Source: Eledone cirrhosa
Taxonomy: Eukaryota
DNA: 64,000 bases
Direction: 5' to 3'
Assembly: GCA_964016885.1 (NCBI GenBank)
Contig: OZ024765.1
Span: 4,836,001-4,900,000, forward strand
Numbering within the stretch: the first letter of the stretch is position 1; each line of letters begins with the position of its first letter. Under the pieces are notes generated by a model. That model had not been told where the DNA came from and ran no database searches. It saw only the letters and a program-made list of their open reading frames with translations. The position numbers were made by a program, and so were the translations under genes. This document shows positions 1-15,065 of this stretch, one piece after another.

Positions 1-16
1 ACAATTGTGAATACAT

Positions 17-91
17 GAGGCTGAAATAGGGTTCCTCTGAAGGGTCTTTGGAGTAACATTACTTGATAAAGAACATAGCTTGGAGATCAGA
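17..91 (+). mobile_element. Decayed RTE-clade LINE ORF fragment
   Basis: Translates EAEIGFL*RVFGVTLLDKEHSLEIR, like the RTE/Rex3 post-RT motif AEM.FLRRV.G..L.D+..S..IR; contains a stop. Confidence 0.65.
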
Positions 92-565
92 CTACATAAT
101 GATTACATAATGACCCCCCCATAACGAATACATAATGGCCCTGAAGTGGTTTTTTATGGTTACATATTGGTTACATACCAGTCACATAATGATCATATAT
201 GGATTTCATGTTTGTTACATATTGGTTACATGCCAGTCACATAAGGACTACATTACAAATACATAATGGCCCCATGATAAATACATAATGACCCCATACT
301 GTACCACCAGACAGCAGAACCTCGCAGTACAAGTGCCCCCTTGTACCAGTAATTTTCTTGTACAAGCTGAGGCTCGTGCGAATTCTTATCTTGTAGTACG
401 AGTGGAAATCTGCAATATGAGTTTCATATAAGTGACCGCTAGTCAGTGCTGAGCTCCTACACACTCCCCCAACAAGCCCGGCCTCCACACACTCCCCCAA
501 CACCCCGGCCTCCACACACACACACGCACATATGCGTCAGTATATGGAAAAAAAACCCTAGTTAC

Positions 566-687
566 ATAATTGTTTCTAGTTTTGGCACAAGGCCAGCAAT
601 TACTCCACTGTATTACTGGTACTTTATTTTATCGACCCCTGTAAAGATGAAAGGCAAAGTTAACTTCGGCAGGATTTGAACTCAGAA
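566..687 (-). mobile_element. SINE family B, 5'-truncated
   Basis: Matches the recurring B-box (gagttcaaatcc) + gttaactttgcctttcatc...gtcgataaaataaagtaccag + ggccttgtgccaaaa..aaacaattat body; ends ~30 nt upstream of the exon acceptor. Confidence 0.85.
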
Positions 688-716
688 TAAAACCAATTCG
701 ATGTTGTTTGTTTCAG

Positions 717-829
717 AAACCTTCATCCATGGACAACATACAAAGTACGTGTGGCTGCTATTACAGACGAGGTACCAGATGGTCAAGGACCTTTTAGTTT
801 TGTGAAAACAATAAGGACACTGGACATAG
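717..829 (+). CDS. Internal coding exon: C-terminal half of an FN3 domain (FN3-repeat receptor/adhesion protein, possibly receptor-PTP/PTPRQ-like)
   Basis: Acceptor tgttgtttgtttcag|717 and donor 829|gtaagg. Translates as NLHPWTTYKVRVAAITDEVPDGQGPFSFVKTIRTLDI, matching the FN3 'L.P.T.Y.VRV.A...G.GP.S...RT' pattern. Ends in phase 1. Not in the ORF track. Confidence 0.88.
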
Positions 830-888
830 GTAAGGGAATTATTCTGGTTTCTTTTTTTTTGTTTCTTTTTTTCTTTAAATGAATAGGC

Positions 889-1070
889 TATAATAATAAT
901 AATAATAATGAAAATATTGTGTACAGTGCTCAGGTGCACTACAACTCATCAAAGGTGAATGTATAGTACATAGAATAATGTATAAACGTCAGGAAAATGA
1001 ACAGTGCATGAGTCATGATATACACGTATGCATGTGTATGGAAGGGGGTAAACCCTATGTAGCCGGTAAA
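889..1070 (-). mobile_element. Probable non-LTR retrotransposon 3' end with (TTA)n tail
   Basis: (TAA)n run followed by a non-repetitive UTR-like segment; family not identified. Confidence 0.35.
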
Positions 1071-1206
1071 CTCTAAAGGGACGCAACACACATATTCCTA
1101 TAGTGTTTCACCAGCCCCTTCCTTCCTCAATCATTCATAGATGTGTGTGTGTGTGTATGTAATAATTATTTTGTATAATGTGTCTGTTTATGAATATGTG
1201 TGAGTA

Positions 1207-1620
1207 GATGCGTGTGTGTGTGTGTAAGTTTGCACTTCTGTTGTCTGTGTATGTGTTTATGTATTTACCTGTAGATGTGTATGTGTGTGTATGTGTGTTT
1301 ACACCTCTGTTGCCTCTGTTTATATATTTACCTGTAGATGTGTGTATATGTAGGTTTACACCTATCTTGTATCTGTCTATATATTTACCTGTAGATTTTT
1401 GTGTGTGTGTGTGTGTGTATGTGAGTTTACACTTCTGTTGTCTCTATCTGTTTATATATTTACACGTAGATGTGTGTGTGTGTATGTATGTAGGTTTACA
1501 CCTCTGTTGTCTCTATCTGTTTATATATTTACACGTAGATGTGTGTGTGTGTATGTATGTAGGTTTACACCTCTGTTGTCTTTATCTGTTTATATATTTA
1601 CACGTAGATGTGTGTGTGTA
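1207..1620. repeat. Compound minisatellite, ~60-70 bp units with embedded (TG)n
   Basis: gtagatgtgtg...gtttacacctctgttgtctctatctgtttatatatttacac repeated about 6 times. Confidence 0.85.
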
Positions 1621-1884
1621 ACTAAAGAGTAACATATGTTACCAATGGACGACTATATGATTTTAACTTGTTTTTAACAATTGATGGCGGAAAAGATTTC
1701 AAATTGTCTTAACTCAGACTGTAAAAGGCCGCAACTCATGTTGTCTAACACTCTTACCGGCTACATAGCCTCTTCCTTTTTTAAATGTGTATAAAATTCA
1801 GAGTGAAGGTGAAGGCATGTGACCTGGTGGTTAGGGTATTGGGCTGAACATTATATGGCCATGGGCTCAATTCCCAGTATACTG

Positions 1885-2418
1885 GAGCAACACGAAATGA
1901 AGTGTTTTGCTCAAGAACACAACATACAACCCAACCCAGGAATCAAACCCACGACCTTATGACCATAAGTCCAACATCTTAACCACTGAAGCAACATCAA
2001 ATGAAGTGTTTTGCTCAAGAACACAACACACAACCCAACCCAGGAATCAAACCCACGACCTTATGACCATAAGTCCAACATCTTAACCACTGAAGCAACA
2101 TCAAATGAAGTGTTTTGCTCAAGAACACATCACACAACCCAACCCAGGAATCAAACCCACGACCTTATGACCATAAGTCCAACATCTTAACCACTGAAGC
2201 AACATCAAATGAAGTGTTTTGCTCAAGAACACAACACACAACCCAACCCAGGAATCAAACCCACGACCTTATGACCATAAGTCCAACATCTTAACCACTG
2301 AAGCAACATCAAATGAAGTGTTTTGCTCAAGAACACAACACACAACCCAACCCAGGAATCAAACCCACGACCATATGATCGTAAGTCCAACACCCTTACC
2401 ACTAGGCCATGTACTTCC
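1885..2418 (-). repeat. Five tandem 104-bp units derived from a SINE tRNA head plus CORE start
   Basis: aaatgaagtgttttgctcaag recurs at 1895, 1999, 2103, 2207 and 2311. The minus strand carries A-box-like (cagtggttaag) and B-box-like (gggtttgattcc) motifs in each unit. Confidence 0.88.
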
Positions 2419-2719
2419 ACAAAATGGAGAAGGGATTTATGCTAATTTTGATCCAGTATGTGTCAGCCGATCCTAGGAAATGGAGAAAAAGCTGGTGCAA
2501 TGAAAAGCAGCAGATTTATCATGTTGTTGTTGCTATTGTTGTTGTTGAGAAGCCAAAAAAGGAAGAAATATATTCAAGCATGGGGATTAATGCTGAGTCA
2601 TTCCTTTCTCCCCTCATCAATGACTCGTTATTCATAATAAATCTTAATTAGAAAATATAAAAATATCATTTATCTCCTCATTTATGTCATTTATTATTTT
2701 TGAACAAATAATAGTATGT

Positions 2720-3530
2720 ATTTACTACTACTACTACTACTGCTACTGCTACTGCTACTACTACTACTGCAGCCACTGTTACTACTAATGTTTCTGCTGC
2801 TGTTACCACTAATACTACCACCTTCACAACCACCACAACAATCACTGCTACACTACAACCACCACTACAACTATCACCACCACAACAATCACTGCCACCA
2901 CCACAACCACCTCTACAACTACCACCACATCAACAATCACTGCTACCACCACAACCACCACTACAACTACCACCACCACAACAATCACTGCCACCACCAC
3001 AACCACCACCACAACTATCACCACAACCACCACTACAACCACCACCACCACCACAACCACCACTACCACCACAACAATCACTGCCACCACCACAACCACC
3101 ACTACCACCACAACAATCACTGCCACCACCACAACCACCACTACAACTACCACAACCACCACTACAACCACCACTACCACCACCACAACCACCACAACCA
3201 CCACAACCACCACCACACCAACCACCACAACCACCACAACCACCACCACCACCACCACCACACCAACCACCACAAACACCACAACCACCACCACCACCAC
3301 AACCACCACCATCAACACTACTACTATCACCATCATCATTATCATCATGGTTTTGCCCTTGCGTTTGTTTTACTATTTCGTTGTTGCTGCTGTTGTTGTT
3401 GTTGTTACTGTTGCTGTTGTTGTTGTTACTGCTGCTGTTGCTGTTGTTGTTGTTACTGCTGCTGTTGTTGTTGTTGCTGCTGTTGCTGTTGTTACTGCTG
3501 CTGCTGTTGTTGTTGTTGTTGTTGTTATAT
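2720..3530. repeat. Trinucleotide low-complexity block (CTA/CAC/AAC, then TGT/TGC)
   Basis: Degenerate triplet runs; source of the poly-His/Cys/Val ORFs. Confidence 0.95.
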
Positions 3531-3620
3531 CATATATACATGTATGAATGAATGTTAAAACTGGAATTAACAATAACTGGACACTAATTTATGGCATAAT
3601 TAAACCACAAAAGACACTTG

Positions 3621-3697
<77 letters not shown>

Positions 3698-4017
3698 ATT
3701 GTGTCTATATATATATATATATATATACACCCCAATCCACTACCCCTACCCTATCCTCCCACTCCCACCAACACCACCCTCTCTCTGTAAAGTTGGTACC
3801 AAATCCCAGTTCATGCTGGACGCCCCTCAATGTCTTCAGTTTGTGCAGTAATGGCTCCAGAGTCAATACAGAGGGGGGGGGGGGGGCAACCATGGCACAC
3901 TGAGCACATGATGTTGAACGGTTCCGAAAGGTGACCATTCACCCTCTATGCTGCAAAACATAGTGTCTGACACTCTACTGATTCTGCCAATCCACCACCC
4001 TGCCAATGATAATAATG

Positions 4018-4211
4018 ATAATTGTTTCTACTTTTGGCACAAGGCCAGCAACTACCCAGTGCATTACTGGTACTTTATTTTATCGACCCCGTAAGGATGA
4101 AAGGCAAAGTTAACCTCGGCGGGATTTGAACTCAGAATGGCAAGGGCCGTAACTCTATGCTGGAAAGTATGGCGTCCGACCCTCTACCGATACTGCCAAT
4201 CCCCCGCCCCG
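4018..4211 (-). mobile_element. SINE family B, near full length
   Basis: Same body as other copies, including the 5' end ggcggg..attggcagtatcggtagagggtcgg on the minus strand. Confidence 0.88.
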
Positions 4212-4611
4212 ATAATGATAATAATAATAATGATAATGATAAAAAATAAAATCATTAAAAATTTTGTTGAAAAATGTTGTTGAAAAATGTTGTCACCATC
4301 TGACAAAAGAACATTTGAGAATCTCAGAAAAATATTATGGAGTTGGAATTTTGAAAAAACAATATCAAGTCTGTCTCCATAGCAATAGGTTGTATTACAT
4401 AATACATGCATGACATAATGAATACATTATGTTATAAATGTATTATAGGGTGGGCATATTACATAATAAATATCTTACATATGAATATATTACATAATAA
4501 TTATGTTACATATGGATATATTACATAATAAATATGTTACATGAATGGACCTAGACATTTTTTCCAATTCCACCCCGCCTGTCCTCTTAATCTATCTTAT
4601 TTCTCATTATT

Positions 4612-4647
4612 TCTTCTGATGAAGGACTAGCGTCTGAAACGTTAAGA
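4612..4647 (+). ncRNA. Minimal hammerhead-ribozyme motif in a TA-flanked element (~4540-4735)
   Basis: tctt-CTGATGA-aggactagcgtct-GAAA-cg-TT-aaga: 4-bp stem I, short stem II, palindromic ACGT stem III. Confidence 0.7.
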
Positions 4648-4987
4648 CCCTCTTCCTGCTATTTCAAGCGTTAACCTAATATATTCCTTCCATATACTGT
4701 ACCGATTGTGTTGTTATTTCTGTTTACCTTTTATATATATATAAGAGAGTATTGAAGTTTGCTTGAAGAATTGTGGAATAATAAGGTAAATTTCTTTAAG
4801 TCGTTTGGAAGCCTCGACAATGCAGATGGGTAGATCTCCGGGTAACAGGATCCGGTGGTGGAGAGAGAGATGTAAGTAGGTGTACGTTGAGATGTGTGGC
4901 GTGTAGAAGACTGTAGCGTGTAGAAGAATGTAGGAAAGAGCGTAAAGGATAAAAATAATAACACGATATATATATATATATATATAT

Positions 4988-5338
4988 GGAGGCACATGGC
5001 TTAGTGGTTAGAGCATTGGCCTTGCAATCGAAAGGTTGTGAGTTCAATTCTCAGACCGGGTGATGTGTTGTTTCCTTGAGCAAGAGACTTTATTTCACAT
5101 TGCTCCAGTTTACTCAGCTGTAGAAATGAGATGATAGGGACTGGGGTCCATATCATTCCACTGAAAAGTGGTCGTGGAGGTGCCACGGCAAAAAAGCACC
5201 CAGCACTCACTGTAAATGAGGTTGGTGTTAGGAAGGGCATCCAGCTGTAGAAATCAAGCCAGAACCAGTTCCCGTCCCACCCTTGCAAGCAGGGAAAAAG
5301 CGGACGTAAAATGAAATGATGATGATGATGATGATGAT
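4988..5338 (+). mobile_element. SINE family A (tRNA head + CORE domain + RTE-derived tail), full length
   Basis: A box tggcttagtgg, B box gagttcaattc, CORE-like tccttgagcaag..actttatttcac..ctccagtttactcagctgtagaaatg, tail shared with the RTE at 18500, then (GAT)n. Confidence 0.9.
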
Positions 5339-5476
5339 ATATGTATCACAGAAAAAAGAGAATCAGTGTTGCGATGAATGGAATTTATTGGACATATTAC
5401 AATCATACTCTGCTCTACGAGGGCACCGAGTGCTCAAACGGCCCATCACATGCGGACGCTTTAAGCATCCAACACC

Positions 5477-5510
<34 letters not shown>

Positions 5511-5513
<3 letters not shown>

Positions 5514-5678
5514 AAAAGAGTCAGGACCCCGACAGCTGAGCTTCGGCTGTTTCGACAGCTAGATCCGAACTAGCCGTTGGAGTCCTGACTTTTTTCCTAT
5601 TACCCACTCTACTACCCTAAGTATTGAGTACTCTGGTGCGTTATGGTCCACCTGGTTTCTTACCACACTTTCTTTGTT
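5511..5678 (-). mobile_element. TA-embedded hairpin element, family P (copy 1)
   Basis: Homologous to 26720-26924 and 48351-48550 in opposite orientation; partial palindrome plus ~80-nt tail. Confidence 0.75.
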
Positions 5679-5772
5679 ATATATATATAATGAAAAATTG
5701 AACAGGGACAGAACAGAGAGGCAGTACAATAAATGTTTATTAAATTCACGCTCAGGAGAGTGGGGGGCAGGT

Positions 5773-7043
<1,271 letters not shown>

Positions 7044-7289
7044 ATATAACTGCTCTGTAAAACAACTGATGTTATTACATTGAGCTATTTATCTTACTGG
7101 TAATAGGATAGTAAATAATGACTATCTTTCACTATTTAAGGTTTGTATAAATAATATATTACCATTAAAGGTTTTATTACATACATAACCATAAATAGTA
7201 TCCTTAATACTAATATATTTATATATATATATTATATATATATTTATATATATTTATATATATATATATTTATATATATAAACAATATG

Positions 7290-7578
7290 CCCCCCCCCCC
7301 CACCGCAAGGTGGTCGTGGAGGTGCCACGGCAAAAAAGCACCCAGCCCACACTGTAAAGTGGACGTGTAGGCGCCACGAAAAAGCACCCAGCACTCACTG
7401 TAAATGAGGTTGGTGTTAGGAAGGGCATCCAGCTGTAGAAATCAAGCCAGATCAGTTCCTGTATGAGCAAGGCATGGTCAGCCGACCAGACACTGCCCAC
7501 AACAGGACAACCCGTCTAACCCATGCTAGCGTGGAAGAACGGACGTAAAACGGTGATGATGATGATGATGATGATGAT
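7290..7578 (+). mobile_element. 5'-truncated SINE (family C tail: cgtctaacccatgctagc..ggacgtaaa(GAT)n)
   Basis: Duplicated ~48-bp module, aggaagggcatccagctgtagaaa and a (GAT)n tail. Confidence 0.8.
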
Positions 7579-7604
7579 ATTTATATATATATTTATATAT
7601 AATT

Positions 7605-7714
<110 letters not shown>

Positions 7715-7717
7715 ATA

Positions 7718-7766
<49 letters not shown>

Positions 7767-7769
<3 letters not shown>

Positions 7770-8019
7770 AGTCACTGAAGAGGTCACAGAATGTGTGACG
7801 AAATAACTTTGACAATATATGAACAATCGTCTGGTTGTGGAACCAACCAACCAACCGGAAATTTATAAATTCCTAAATTTATGATTTAATTTATAATAAA
7901 TTGAAGTGAAAGCAACTGGTGCGTGTGTTTCTTATTGGCAACATGACCCTCCCAAAGTATAACAATATCGGTTTCAACACACGTTTTCAGATAAAGAATC
8001 TTGCTAAACAAATTCAGAA

Positions 8020-8022
<3 letters not shown>
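7767..8022 (+). mobile_element. TA-embedded element, family Q, with hammerhead motif at 7771-7813
   Basis: gtca-CTGAAGA-g-gtcac-agaatgt-gtgac-GAAA-taac-TT-tgac. Homologues at 10915-11160 (+), 56165-56470 (-) and 6381-6443. Confidence 0.75.
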
Positions 8023-8064
<42 letters not shown>

Positions 8065-8149
8065 TATATATGCATATATATAAATACAGTATGTCCCACC
8101 CCAACCTCCCATACGTCCCCCATGAGGACAGGCTAAAGTAATGCATCCA

Positions 8150-9560
8150 GTGTGTGTTTGTGTGAATGTATGGGTGTGTGTGTGTGTTTGTGTGAATGTA
8201 TGGGTTGTGTGTGTGTGTTTGTGTGAATGTATGGGTGTGTGTGTGTTTGTGTGAATGTATGGGTGTGTGTGTGTGTTTGTGTGAATGTATGGATGTGTGT
8301 GTGTTTGTGTGAATGTATGGATGTGTGTGTGTTTGTGTGAATGTATGGGTGTGTGTGTGTTTGTGTGAATGTATGGGTGTGTGTGTGTTTGTGTGAATGT
8401 ATGGGTGTGTGTGTGTGTGTGTGTTTGTGTGAATGTATGGGTGTGTGTGTGTGTTTGTGTGAATGTATGGGTGTGTGTGTTTGTGTGAATGTATGGGTGT
8501 GTGTGTGTGTTTGTGTGTATGTATGGGTGTGTGTGTGTTTGTGTGAATGTATGGATGTGTGTGTGTTTGTGTGAATGTATGGGTGTGTGTGTGTTTGTGT
8601 GAATGTATGGGTGTGTGTGTGTTTGTGTGAATGTATGATGTGTGTGTGTGTTTGTGTGAATGTATGGGTGTGTGTGTGTGTTTTGTGTGAATGTATGGGT
8701 GTGTGTGTGTTTGTGTGAATGTATGGATGTGTGTGTGTTTGTGTGAATGTATGGGTGTGTGTGTGTGTTTGTGTGAATGTATGGGTGTGTGTGTGTTTGT
8801 GTGAATGTATGGGTGTGTGTGTGTTTGTGTGAATGTATGGGTGTGTGTGTGTGTTTGTGTGAATGTATGGGTGTGTGTGTGTGTTTGTGTGAATGTATGG
8901 GTGTGTGTGTGTTTGTGTGAATGTATGGGTGTGTGTGTGTTTGTGTGAATGTATGGGTGTGTGTGTGTGTTTGTGTGAATGTATGGGTGTGTGTGTGTGT
9001 TTGTGTGAATGTATGGGTGTGTTTGTGTGAATGTATGGTGTGTGGTGTGTTTGTGTGAATGTATGGGTGTGTGTGTGTTTGTGTGAATGTATGGGTGTGT
9101 GTGTGTGTGTGTGTGAATGTATGGGTGTGTGTGTGTTTGTGTGAATGTATGGGTGTGTGTGTGTGTTTTGTGTGAATGTATGGTGTGTGTGTGTGTTTGT
9201 GTGAATGTATGGGTGTGTGCTGTGTGTTTGTGTGAATGTATGGGTGTGTGTGTGTGTTTGTGTGAATGTATGGGTGTGTGTGTGTTTGTGTGAATGTATG
9301 GGTGTGTGTGTGTTTGTGTGAATGTATGGGTGTGTGTGTGTTTGTGTGAATGTATGGATGTGTGTGTGTTTGTGTGAATGTATGGGTGTGTGTGTGTGTT
9401 TGTGTGAATGTATGGGTGTGTGTGTGTGTTTGTGTGAATGTATGGGTGTGTGTGTGTGTTTGTGTGAATGTATGGGTGTGTGTGTGTGTTTGTGTGAATG
9501 TATGGGTGTGTGTGTGTTTGTGTGAATGTATGGGTGTGGGTGTGTTTGTGTGAATGTATG
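8150..9560. repeat. (GT)-based minisatellite, ~28-32 bp unit gtgtgtttgtgtgaatgtatgg(gt)n
   Basis: Dozens of units; source of the 628-aa His/Thr ORF. Confidence 0.95.
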
Positions 9561-9904
9561 TGTGAGTGTTTATTTTGTAAGTGTGTCTGTGTTTGCGTGT
9601 TTATATTTATATACTCGTACATATAGATGTATGCATATGCACATACACACATGCACACACATATACACACACGAGTCAGCGTATGGAAAAAGATTCCAGT
9701 ATTTATAAAAAGCCAGTCTGTTGGTGAAGAGAGAACTGGTGTTGAATATTTAGTAATCAATACGAGTTGCATGTAAAGTGGAAATGTTATTTATTTTGAA
9801 AACATCGACATTTACACAATATACAAACAATTTCATTAACTCACTCGAGGATATTGAGTCATAGCACAACTCAGATGAAATTTCATCCAATTTACTTAAC
9901 TGAA

Positions 9905-10640
9905 AGTGTGTGGCTGAGTGGTTAGAGAATTTGATTCACAATCAGGAGGTTGTGATTTCAATTCCAGGACCGGGCGATGCATTATGTCCTTGAGAAATTA
10001 GAAAGACCAATGGAAACGTCGTTTCCTTGGTCACATTTCATGAGTTCCAGGGTGATAGATTATGTCCTTGAGCAAGACACTTTATTTCACGTTGTTCCTT
10101 CTGCCTGGATTTGCAACCGACAGATAGTATTAGCAATTAGAAAGACCAATGGAAACGTCGTTTCCTTGGTCTCATTACATGAGTTCCAGGGTGATAGATT
10201 ATGTCCTTGAGCAAGACACTTTATTTCACGTTGTTCCTTCTGCCTGGATTTGCAACCGACAGATAGTATTAGCAATTAGAAAGACCAATGGAAACGTCGT
10301 TTCCTTGGTCTCATTACATGAGTTCCAGGGTGATAGATTATGTCCTTGAGCAAGACACTTTATTTCATGTTCCTCTTTCTGCCAGGAGCTGCGACTGGTA
10401 GACAGTATCAACAATAGAAAGACTAATGGAAACATTATTTCCTTGGTCTCATTTGACGAATTCCAGGGCGATGCTTTATGTCCTTGAGCAAGACACTTCA
10501 TTTCACATTGCTCCTTCTGCCTGGATTCGTAACCAACTGATAGTATTAGCAATTAGAAAGGCCAATGGAAACATTCTTTCCTCGGTCTGATTTGACGAGC
10601 TCTACCCCACTCGTTAAGCGAATGACGTTTGGGATCTTGT
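9905..10640 (+). mobile_element. SINE family D (tRNA head + CORE) with internal ~139-bp tandem amplification
   Basis: A box tggctgagtgg at ~9911; gtgatagattatgtccttgagcaag at 10052, 10191 and 10330. A monomer is at 59195-59460 (-). Confidence 0.8.
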
Positions 10641-11172
10641 TGATCAACTTTCTCTCAGTTAACTCTTTTGAACCAACCCCCACTCAAATCTTATGGGTCT
10701 ATAGTACAAAACTATCCATTTAATGGGTTCCTCTTCAACTCTTTTGATCCCAACCCACACTCAAAACTGGCTCTGGTTCTATTGTATAAACCATCACATT
10801 TTAAAGGGTTCCTTTTTAACTCTTTTGATACCCCCCCCCCCCCCCCCCGTCTAAATACACCTCTCGTCGATGGTATGAAACCATCCATTTTAAAAGGTTC
10901 CTACAAAATGGTGTAAGACAGAACAAAGGAGGCTCACAAAATAACAAATCAGTAAATGAGGAGGTCACAGAATATGTGACGAAAGAGCTTGGACAATAAA
11001 TAAACAACCATCCAGTTATATAATTTATAATAAATTGAAGTGAAAACCAACTGGTGCATGTGTTTTTATTGGCAACATGACCCTCCCAAAGTATAACAAT
11101 ATCTGTTTCAACACTTGTTTTCACATAAAAAATCTTGCAAAACAAATTAAAGAATGAAGTATATATATATAT

Positions 11173-11595
11173 ATCATCATCATCATCATCATCATCGTTT
11201 AACGTCTATCTTCCACACTACCATGGATTTAGACGGGAATTGTCCCACTTGAGGCAAGATTGGTTGTCTGCTTGTATAGGACTATCTGGCGGGTTTTCTA
11301 CGGCTGGATGCCCTTCCTAACACCAACCACATTTACAGTGTGGACTGATATATATATATATAAAGCACCCAGCCCACACTGTAAAGTGGTCGTGTAGATG
11401 TCACGACAAAAAGCACCCAGCACTCACTGTAAATGAGGTTGGTGTTAGGAAGGGCATCCAGCTGTAGAAACCAGGCCAAAATCGGTTCTGTATGAGCATG
11501 ACATTGTCACCTGACCTAGCATTGCGCACAACAGGATAACTCGTCTAACCCATGCTAGTGCGGAAAATAGACATAAAACAGTGATGATGATGATA
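11173..11595. mobile_element. Two family-C SINE 3' fragments in opposite orientation
   Basis: 11173-11345 (-) and 11362-11595 (+), each ending in (GAT)n. Confidence 0.75.
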
Positions 11596-11886
11596 TATAT
11601 ACATACATATTTATATGTATATATATCAGTGAATTTTTTAAAACTTGTTGAGTGCTTTATATCAGTTATAAAATATTTACTCGTTGTAACCCAACAATTT
11701 TAAATAAAACTTTTGCATATATATATATATATATTTTTTTTTAATAACAGATTAAAGTTTAAGCAAATAATCGTTACTTTCACCCTTAATGATTATTTGC
11801 TTAAACTAGGGTTCTTATATATTTGATATATATTTATCCTTATCGAACCCTCTTTGGATTTTAGTCTTCACAGTTATTACCATTAC

Positions 11887-11996
<110 letters not shown>

Positions 11997-12080
11997 GGTG
12001 ATGATGATGATGATGAGATATATATATATATAAGGAGAATATATATGTATGTGTGTGTATATATATCTATATCTATATAC

Positions 12081-12151
<71 letters not shown>

Positions 12152-12159
12152 GGTGATGA

Positions 12160-12164
12160 TGATG

Positions 12165-12199
<35 letters not shown>

Positions 12200-12926
12200 T
12201 ATATATGTGTGTATATAGATATATATACACACACACATACATATATATGTGTGTATATAGATATAGATATATATACACACACACACACATATATGTGTGT
12301 ATATAAATATAGATATATATACACACACACACATATATATGTGTGTATATAGATATAGATATATACACACACACACACACATATATGTGTGTATATAGAT
12401 ATAGATATATATATTCACACACATACATATATGTGTGTATATAGATATAGATATATATTCACACACATACATATATATGTGTGTATATAGATATAGATAT
12501 ATATACACACACACACACACATATATGTGTGTATATAAATATAGATATATATATACACACACACACACATATATATGTGTGTATATAGATATAGATATAT
12601 ATACACACACACACACATATATATGTGGGTATATAGATATAGATATATATACACACACACACACATATATATGTGTGTATATAGATATAGATAGATATAT
12701 ATACACACACACACACATATATATGTGTGTATATAGATATAGATATATATACACACACATATATATATGTGTGTATATAGATATAGATATATACACACAC
12801 ACACACATATATATGTGTGTATATAGATATAGATATATATACACACACACACACACATATATGTGTGTATATAGATATAGATATATACACACACACACAC
12901 ACATATATGTGTGTATATAGATATAG

Positions 12927-12957
<31 letters not shown>

Positions 12958-13925
12958 TATATGTGTGTATATAGATATAGATATATATTCACACACATAC
13001 ATATATATGTGTGTATATAGATATAGATATATACACACACACACACATATATGTGTGTATATAGATATAGATATATATACACACACACACACATATATAT
13101 GTGTGTATATAGATATAGATATATATACACACACATATATATATGTGTGTATATAGATATAGATATATACACACACACACACATATATATGTGTGTATAT
13201 AGATATAGATATATATATACACACACACACATATATATGTGTGTATATAGATATAGATATATATACACACACACACACACATATATATGTGTGTATATAG
13301 ATATAGATATATACACACACACACATATATGTGTGTATATAAATATAGATATATATACACACACATACATATATATTCTCCTTTTCTTTTTAGTTTATTC
13401 CACATTGTCAGATCATTTTTGATTATATTTGAAGTAAAAAAAAAAAGAAATGAAGCTTTATTATATATTTCAATAAAGCCACCGAGCTTCATTCTCGAGA
13501 TCCTGACAGCATCCTGGTCGCTTCTGTATATAATGGGAATTGAGTAATTTCAGGAAAAACTTTACCTGAAATCATTTGAAAAACAAAACATATATATATA
13601 TATGTATGTATATGTATATATATGGATATATATGTATGTATATATATGGATATATATGTATGTATATATATGGATATATATGTGTGTATATATATATGGA
13701 TATATATGTGTGTATATATATGTATATATATGTATGTATATGTATGTATATATATGGATATATATGTGTGTATATATATGGATATATATGTATGTATATA
13801 TATGGATATATATGTGTGTATATATATGGATATATATGTATGTATATATATGGATATATATGTGTGTATATATATGGATATATATGTATGTATATATATG
13901 GATATATATGTATGTATATATATGG

Positions 13926-13957
<32 letters not shown>

Positions 13958-14023
13958 GTATGTATATATATATGGATATATATGTATGTATATATATGGA
14001 TGTATATGTATGTATATATATGG

Positions 14024-14055
<32 letters not shown>

Positions 14056-14110
14056 GTATGTATATATATGGATATATATGTATGTATATATATATATCTG
14101 GATGTATATA
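12160..14110. repeat. Two compound microsatellite arrays: 12160-13375 tatagatatagat(at)n(ac)n(at)n gtgtg, and 13600-14110 tggatatatatgtatgta(ta)n
   Basis: Direct inspection. Confidence 0.95.
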
Positions 14111-14207
14111 TGCACAAAATTTTTAGCTATATAATTATTTATCTATCTCTCTATCTATCTCTCTCTCTCTTTATATATATATATATATATCTGTCTATCT
14201 ATCTATA

Positions 14208-14305
<98 letters not shown>

Positions 14306-14899
14306 CAGAGAGAGAGAGATAGATAATTATGTAGTTAAAAATTGTGGGTGTATATATATATATATCCAGATCATCATCATCATCATCGTTTAACATCTAT
14401 CTTCCAAATATATATATATACAAGTGTGTGTGTGTGTGTGTGTCTGTGTGTGTGTGTCTGTGTGTGTCTGTGTGTGTGTGTGTGTGTGTGTGCAATTGAA
14501 ACTGAGAAATATTCTAAATGATAAAAAGCAGGTTTTGAAAATAGTTATTCACATAAATCAGTGAAAATGTGTTGATGGAGGATAAAAACTATTAAAGTGT
14601 TGTTGTTGGTGGTGTAGTGGTGGTGTGGTGGTGGTGGTGGTGGTGTTGGTGTAGTGGTGGTGGTGGTGTAGTGGTGGTGTTGGTGGTGGTGTGGTTGTTT
14701 ATGGTTATGGTGGTGGTGGTGTAGTGGTGGTGGTGGTGTAGTGGTGGTGTTGTGATATGTCTTGTGGTGGTGGTGGTGTGGTTGGTTATGGTGGTGGTGG
14801 TAGTAGTTGTTGGTATTATATATGTGTAGTAGTTGCTGCTGCAGATGTTGTTGTTGTTGTTGTTAGACCTCTGTTGGTTCTGACCATGATGATGGTTTC

Positions 14900-15065
14900 C
14901 ACTAGAGACACAAGGCCAGTAATTTGGGGGGAGGGGAGGGGAAAGTCAAATCAACTCCAGTGTATTACTGGTACTTTATTTTATCGACCCCGTAAGGATG
15001 AAAGGCAAAGTTAACCTCGACGGGATTTGAACTCAGAACGTAAAGGGCTATAACTCTATGCCATG
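14900..15065 (-). mobile_element. SINE family B variant
   Basis: Conserved ggtactttattttatcgaccccgtaaggatgaaaggcaaagttaac body. Confidence 0.8.

Noticed and set aside
237-521. 94-aa minus-strand ORF in unique-looking sequence
   Set aside because: No recognisable motif and no pyrimidine-rich acceptor; starts in a G-rich repeat.
2716-3558. Poly-Leu/His/Cys ORF that looks like a secreted metal-binding protein
   Set aside because: Pure trinucleotide repeats open in several frames on both strands.
4988-5062. tRNA gene (also other SINE heads)
   Set aside because: A/B boxes are present, but there is no proper acceptor stem and the sequence runs into the CORE and LINE tail; it is a SINE head.
7886-9772. 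628-aa His/Thr ORF
   Set aside because: Translation of a (GT)-minisatellite plus TE sequence; no domain or splice support.
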